Of a stretch of DNA of 57,753 nt, positions 52,011 to 57,753 are shown in pieces. Position numbers and translations under genes: made by a program. Below the pieces are notes generated by a model. The model did no database searches. It was not told where the DNA came from and saw nothing but the letters and a program-made list of their open reading frames with translations. This stretch comes from Phoronis australis (Eukaryota > Animalia > Phoronida): the NCBI GenBank assembly GCA_002633005.1, contig NMRA01001091.1, positions 1 to 57,753 on the forward strand, written 5' to 3'. Position 1 is the stretch's first letter. Each line of letters begins with the position of its first letter.

Positions 52011-52400
52011 ACACCTATCCATGCATACAGTAATACCAACCCATGCACACAGTAACACCAACCCATGCACACAGTAACACCAACCCATGCATACAGTAAC
52101 ACCAATCCATGCATACAGTAATACCAACCCATGCATACAGTAACACTTATCCATGCATACAGTAACACCAACCCATGTATACAGTAACATCAACCCATGC
52201 ATACAGTAACACCAATCCATGCATACAGTGATACCAACCCATGCATACAGTAACACCTATCCATGCATACAGTAATACCAACCCATGCATACAGTAACAC
52301 CAACCCATGCATACAGTAACACCAATCCATGCATACAGTAATACCAACCCATGCATACAGTAACACCAACCCATTCATACAGTAATACCAACCCATGCAT
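52011..52400 (+). repeat. 22-bp minisatellite, about 17 copies
   Basis: Unit ACCAACCCATGCATACAGTAAC. Confidence 0.95.
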
Positions 52401-52512
52401 CATCCCATGCGTCTAATGACATCAAACCATACGTCTGGTTACATTTACTCATATATCTACTAAGTGGTTGGAGAAAAAACAAATGATAAAACAATTTCTC
52501 TCTGTTTTGCAG

Positions 52513-52725
52513 GAGTTTGTTACAGGCCTCTCAGTGCTATCAAGAGGCAATATAAATGATAAGTTACAATGGGCATTTAATTTATACGACATCAATGGAG
52601 ATGGGATTGTGACCAGGGACGAGATGTTACAGATTGTGTCGGCCATTTATGATATGATGGGCAAGCACTCCGAGCCGGTCATTGATGAAACCACGGCTCG
52701 AAACCATGTGGACTTTGTCTTCCAG
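52513..52725 (+). CDS. Internal exon of a Kv channel-interacting protein (KChIP/KCNIP, neuronal calcium sensor family)
   Basis: TTTTGCAG| EFVTGLSVLSRGNINDKLQWAFNLYDINGDGIVTRDEMLQIVSAIYDMMGKHSEPVIDETTARNHVDFVFQ |GTAAT. Phase 0-0, canonical EF-hand loop DINGDGIVTRDE. Other exons not found. Confidence 0.92.
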
Positions 52726-52818
52726 GTAATTTTTCATATTGTTCAATCGTCTAGTTTTTGGCTAGTTCCAAACATTAAATTATCATAATTTGTCTTCATC
52801 CTTCACGGTTTTCGCTAN

Positions 52819-53064
52819 TTTAAAAAATCATCAACGACCATCCACTCCTTTTCAGAAATTTTGGCCAGGAATTCAAACAAATTCCATCATTGAAGGCTCA
52901 AAAGGCCAAAAATTACATAACTGGTCCTAAGTGTCCGGTCATTTTGAAAACTGCAGTTAAATGCTACACAATACACGGGCACGACGCCCCACTATCGTCC
53001 ATCAGCAAGATGGCGGACCACTTCGCACAACGATGTCAACTCTAGTTATATTTATCTCATTGGT
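52819..53064. repeat. Near-identical copy of 51061-51316 beginning right after an N
   Basis: Direct comparison shows a few substitutions and one small indel. Confidence 0.9.
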
Positions 53065-54060
53065 CACGATCGAGTTGCATTTTTTATTTTTGATTTGAGA
53101 GACTCCATGTCGTAAATGATCTCGACCAAAAAGCTCTTTTATGAAAGGTATCTTCGGGAAATAAAACCTGGTAATAAATGTTATTTGACTGATTTTATTG
53201 TGAAAGAAAAAAGTTATTCGATTTATATGTTTAAACCACGGCGAATTGGGGGCCAGTATATTGCGAGTTGAAATGTATGATTGGACGAATTCATGGCACA
53301 GGCTTTTTCCAGTGATATCCTCTTAAAATGGATTGCACGGAAAATGAAATTGTCTTGAAACAAAACTTCGGGACTATTCAATTCCTATTCATTAGTTCGA
53401 AGCAACTGAGATACAGGCCTTCTTTCGGAATGTATTTGTATCCTACACTCCGACGGTCGACGACAGAATTGTTCAGGAAATCTGATTCACAAGTTCTTTC
53501 CAATCAGGGATTTAGTTATTGTTCATGAAGACTTGTGCATTAAATACCCCTACTTTATATATGACAATGAGTAGTTGGTAACCACTCAGACGGGTTGGAA
53601 GGTCGAAAAGTGCCAAGTGAATTAATAAATCTTCAAGACCGTCGATTTTAAAAATGCCATAGTCTGTCGCTAGGTAAAACCATGCACCATCATACTTTGA
53701 AGTTTTGACTGTTATTCAGGCTTGGAAATTACCTTGTAAATCCAAGCATTCGTGTTCACAAAAATTTTACGATCGGAGAAATCTAGCGCCGATATCCAGT
53801 AAGTAAGACGATCGTCCTTTATGTGCGACCGGCTTTTTTATTAAAATAATAAAACATTTCATTAATAGCAATATTGCCCCTATGATGAAAGGGGTTGGTG
53901 AGTGAGACGGGGCACTGACAACTTAAAGATACAGTTGCCCCGATGTGGAGAAAAGGTGCCATGAGGTTGACTCATTGGCAAGGTGTGCATTGTGGCGACG
54001 AAAGAGTATGGTAAGGAGTGAGTGGAAATGTTTGTAGCGGGGGAGTGTAAGTAAGGGAAA

Positions 54061-54246
54061 CGAATGTAGTTCCTGAGCCCATCGGGCTTCCAGTGACCCA
54101 TACCCAGAATGGTGGAGTCGAGAATTTGGAGGGTAGCAACAGAGAGGTGCCTGCGCCAATTTGGAAGATTTGTAGAGTTTAGGATCGTGACCGACGCACC
54201 CGAGAACCAAGTTAAGGTGGCGAGTAAAGTAAGAGCGAGTTATGTT
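54061..54246 (-). pseudogene. Tyrosine recombinase C-terminal remnant (DIRS/Ngaro-like retroelement)
   Basis: Across frameshifts: ITRSYFTRHLNLVLGCVGHDPKLYKS / FQIGAGTS / DSTILGMGHWKPDGLRNYIR, compared with the consensus HSFRIGAAT...I..mGRWkS.a...YIR. Confidence 0.75.
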
Positions 54247-54824
54247 GGAACTGGAAGTTTGGAGTCAGCGGAGAAGGAATTACAACTTTATTGCAAAGTG
54301 AGAGTACATTTCACTCACAAAGCCGGCTGACGAGAACATCACGGTGACAATCACAAGGGTAATGATATATACCGGCTTCATTGTAGTCTGTTTGGCTCTT
54401 CTCGCGATTTCTCGTGCTGCAAAAGAATCATGGCATTTTCAGTGTCATGGACATTGTTAAGTATCATACACACGTACACTTTATAGCTGCATTTCACCTT
54501 GTTAAACGGGGGGAAAAGAGGCCTTTCATTCTCATCAAAACCGCCCTCTTTATAATGGTTGACATGAGAGCATTCCAGTGCCGATACAAAACCAACAGGC
54601 ACTGCATGTACGTATGTCATTGTGGAAGTTCAAAATCTTACATTTTTATTCCGCTAAGTAGAGCAAAATGCAGCTTCACGCTAATTGCAATCGTTCGTGT
54701 GATATTATCAAAGCTTTTTAGTGACATCCTTCCTTCAAGAAGTTGGGGCTCTGATTTCGAGTCGTGTTGTGATTAATGCGAACTCTTGGCGAATAATCCC
54801 AGAAAAAATCCTGTAGAAAGCGAT

Positions 54825-54827
<3 letters not shown>

Positions 54828-54881
<54 letters not shown>
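54828..54881. repeat. (TA)n microsatellite abutting the N gap at 54882-55051
   Basis: Direct reading. Confidence 0.98.
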
Positions 54882-57753
54882 NNNNNNNNNNNNNNNNNNN
54901 NNNNNNNNNNNNNNNNNNNNNNNNNNNNNNNNNNNNNNNNNNNNNNNNNNNNNNNNNNNNNNNNNNNNNNNNNNNNNNNNNNNNNNNNNNNNNNNNNNNN
55001 NNNNNNNNNNNNNNNNNNNNNNNNNNNNNNNNNNNNNNNNNNNNNNNNNNNNTTTATCTGAAACAAGAATGTTTGTGTGGAAGATGGTACATTCCAGATC
55101 TAAGTCTATGGTACATCTGAGATCAAAGGCTATGGTAAGTCTTTCAAATTCCTTAATATTTTGATTATTAAAGTAATTGCAAATTCATGTATCAGAGTGG
55201 TGATTATGGATGGCTAACATGCTTTTAATAGAGTCCTAGAAACTATTTCTTATGCAGAAGATGCGACCAAATACTCACATCTGTCCCTCTTAAAAATATT
55301 TCAAAATCTAACCACCCCCTTAGTATTATGAGCTGAATAAATCCTTTTACTTTAAAAACTCCAGAGAGTTGTAGATTTCTATGCTTTAAGAATTGCACTT
55401 CGTAAGATTTTTCAGATTCACTGTGAAATGGTGCCTTTTCTGAGAGAATTCCGTACAAATGGGTGTCTTTTCCGTACCGATTTTCCTGAGAAAAACGTCC
55501 ACTTTGTGGACTGGAACACTACAAAAGTCCCTTTAAGATGGAACCCCTCGATCAAATAAATAAGCAATAACTGTACATGTTACAAATTCTAACAAGAAGT
55601 AGATACTGGAAAAGCAAATGTACATACTAGCATTTACACTAAAACATATCATGAGGCAATTGTGTAAAATCTTTCGTAAAACTTTCGCAGTTTGGTCCGG
55701 TTCAGTCCTAAATGTCAACCAAACACTTTTCCTTAAAAAATATTTTATACTTCAAACAAACCTGGAAAATTAGTGACCAAAGGTATAGATATGCTGTGTT
55801 CAAGTTGTTTGCCTGTTCTTTAAATGTGAGTTTTTACTTAATGTAACAAGAAACACTGATTCGTACATGTTTTGTCATTGATTCAATGTGAGTGATCTAG
55901 CAACAACCTTATATCTTTTTTAACTCTTAAATGAGCCCTTGGAAATCAGTGACTGAAAACCAAATCTCAAACTTAAAATGGGAAAATCCAGGGTAAAATA
56001 ATTTACTGAAGTTATTTTGTCTAAGTTTCCAAAATATACAGGTTCTCAAATCTTTACTAACCAAGTGCCTAGAATGTGTATTCACTAAACATATTTTCTG
56101 TTGTCATACACCAGACCAGACCTTGTGAAAAAATACTTAAAAATATCTTTGAATTCTCTTAGTAACTTTGATGTCTGCTTAAATGACTTAAGAAGGGATG
56201 GAGTGGTCCAAAGGGTCTGTGGATCGATTGGTCAATAGTCTGACAGTGCTGTAGTGGGGCGTAGGTGCATGTAGGCGCAACCAATTACCTTTTTGCTGTT
56301 CAACATAGCGCCTACCCACCGGGAGTTATGGTATACGTGGGACGCACTTGCAGCCAACCACCTTCTTACATTTTATCGTAGCAACCACCTTTTGAATTTA
56401 ACGTATATGTAGCGTCTACGAACCGTAAGTGACGGTATAGTGGGGCGTAGTCTCAATACGATAACTTACGCCATCAGTGCGCTACGCCGATGACAGCACC
56501 ATTGATGAACTTTTCGGCACGCGCAACCACCAGGCATACTTGTATTCTCGCCGAGAAATGGAATTTTTATTAATATTTTAAGATAAAGAAATAGTTATGG
56601 TGTCACGTCCATAGGTGAATAAAAAGGGGGGGGGGGTGTTGAAGGGCCCTGAGGACACACCCCACGGGCGACTGAAAGTCGCTGCCAGCTTATCATTTCT
56701 GGGCGTTACGCTCCTATTTTCCTTTATAATTGTGCTTGGGGCCCCTTCAGAGACCACTTGGAATGCACGCGGACCTTTGCTTTTAAAAATGTGCTGTTTG
56801 ACCCTTTTTCTCCGACATCTAAGATCCGCCACTGCAGACTCTATGTAAATACCTACTCATGAGTCAAAATATATGCGTAAATGTCTGTGAGTCAGGTTTT
56901 TGCGAGTTCAATGCACTTTTAAAATCCAGCGCTCAAAGCGATACGAAGGACTTTGGGTGCCTACTTACCTCTTATTCTATCACTACAGCACTGTAAAATT
57001 AAGGGGAATTTTATCTGTCGTTACCAACTCGGTAGTTACGTAGAATATTTTGCTACATCAAACTAAGTGTTCGTATTTTGTTGAGGTTGTTTTTCATTGA
57101 ATAACCACAATTTCACGAAAGAAAGCTTTGCCTGCTGTACAGAGCTCTACGGAATTTTGAAAGATGGATAAAATAGTGTAAAATTAACCGAAATCCTGAA
57201 GACATTTAACTCCGTAGATTAGGAAATAATGTAAAAAAACTATTAAGAAGTTTTGTATTTCGACTATTGACTCTTCGGGCTACAGATCCTACTGTTTTCG
57301 GAATAAAGACCCTTTGGACTATAGACAGCATTTCATTTTTATTGACAGTTATGATTTTTTCCAGATAAGAATGCTGTAACTACTTTCAGTTCAAGTGACA
57401 AAGAAACATATGAAGATAGAAGTTGGTGCTTGTTTTCTCAGAGTAAGGAAACATGCAACTTCACATGGATGAGTTAAGAAGGGGTGCGAGTTTCATATAA
57501 ATGAAGTATTATGGGAAATATACATTTTCTACACATTTCTGCAAGGTTTCCGCTATTTTATTTTTTTAAACTCATGAGTGCGAGGTCATAATTAATGGCT
57601 ACCACTTTGATTTAATTCTTTCATAAGGTAACTATAGAGTCATTTCGATCCTTATTCCATCAGCATAGAGCCTCTTATTCAGACATACATCAACTAGCAT
57701 ATTGCACATTTCGTTATTTGCAACAGTTTTCTTCCCAACATATTTATTGTTAA

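Noticed and set aside
51752-52396. Cys/Trp/Met-rich repetitive ORFs
   Set aside because: Translations of the 22-bp minisatellite.
53328-53528. ORF containing LRYRP, reminiscent of the KChIP N-terminal exon
   Set aside because: Spacing to the expected F...E....YRGFK motif does not fit and there are no convincing splice sites.
54773-55066. ORFs with YI repeats and X runs
   Set aside because: TA microsatellite plus assembly gap.

Overview
Eukaryotic, AT-rich, intron-rich draft genomic DNA, most likely from a marine invertebrate (inference). I reconstructed three spliced genes by hand from GT-AG junctions with consistent intron phases. (1) A minus-strand gene (24332 to <=1544, 3' part not found) that joins a signal peptide and a complete SRCR domain to an alpha2delta/CACHD1-type N-terminus and VWA domain. 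(2) A complete plus-strand PPIL3 cyclophilin (26841-31983, 6 exons, 160 aa). (3) A complete minus-strand FAM102A/EEIG1 homologue (46257-36594, 7 coding exons, 346 aa). There is also one isolated KChIP/KCNIP-type EF-hand exon (52513-52725). Introns and intergenic DNA hold a decayed APE-RT LINE with a target-site duplication, a 2A/StopGo motif and a nested MITE, plus a second very old RT remnant, two THAP remnants and a tyrosine-recombinase remnant. They also hold a Helentron/DINE-like element with an array of CTCF-like motifs, several minisatellites and hairpin elements. Single-N joins and one gap mark assembly artefacts. All family assignments rest on motif recall, not on database searches.
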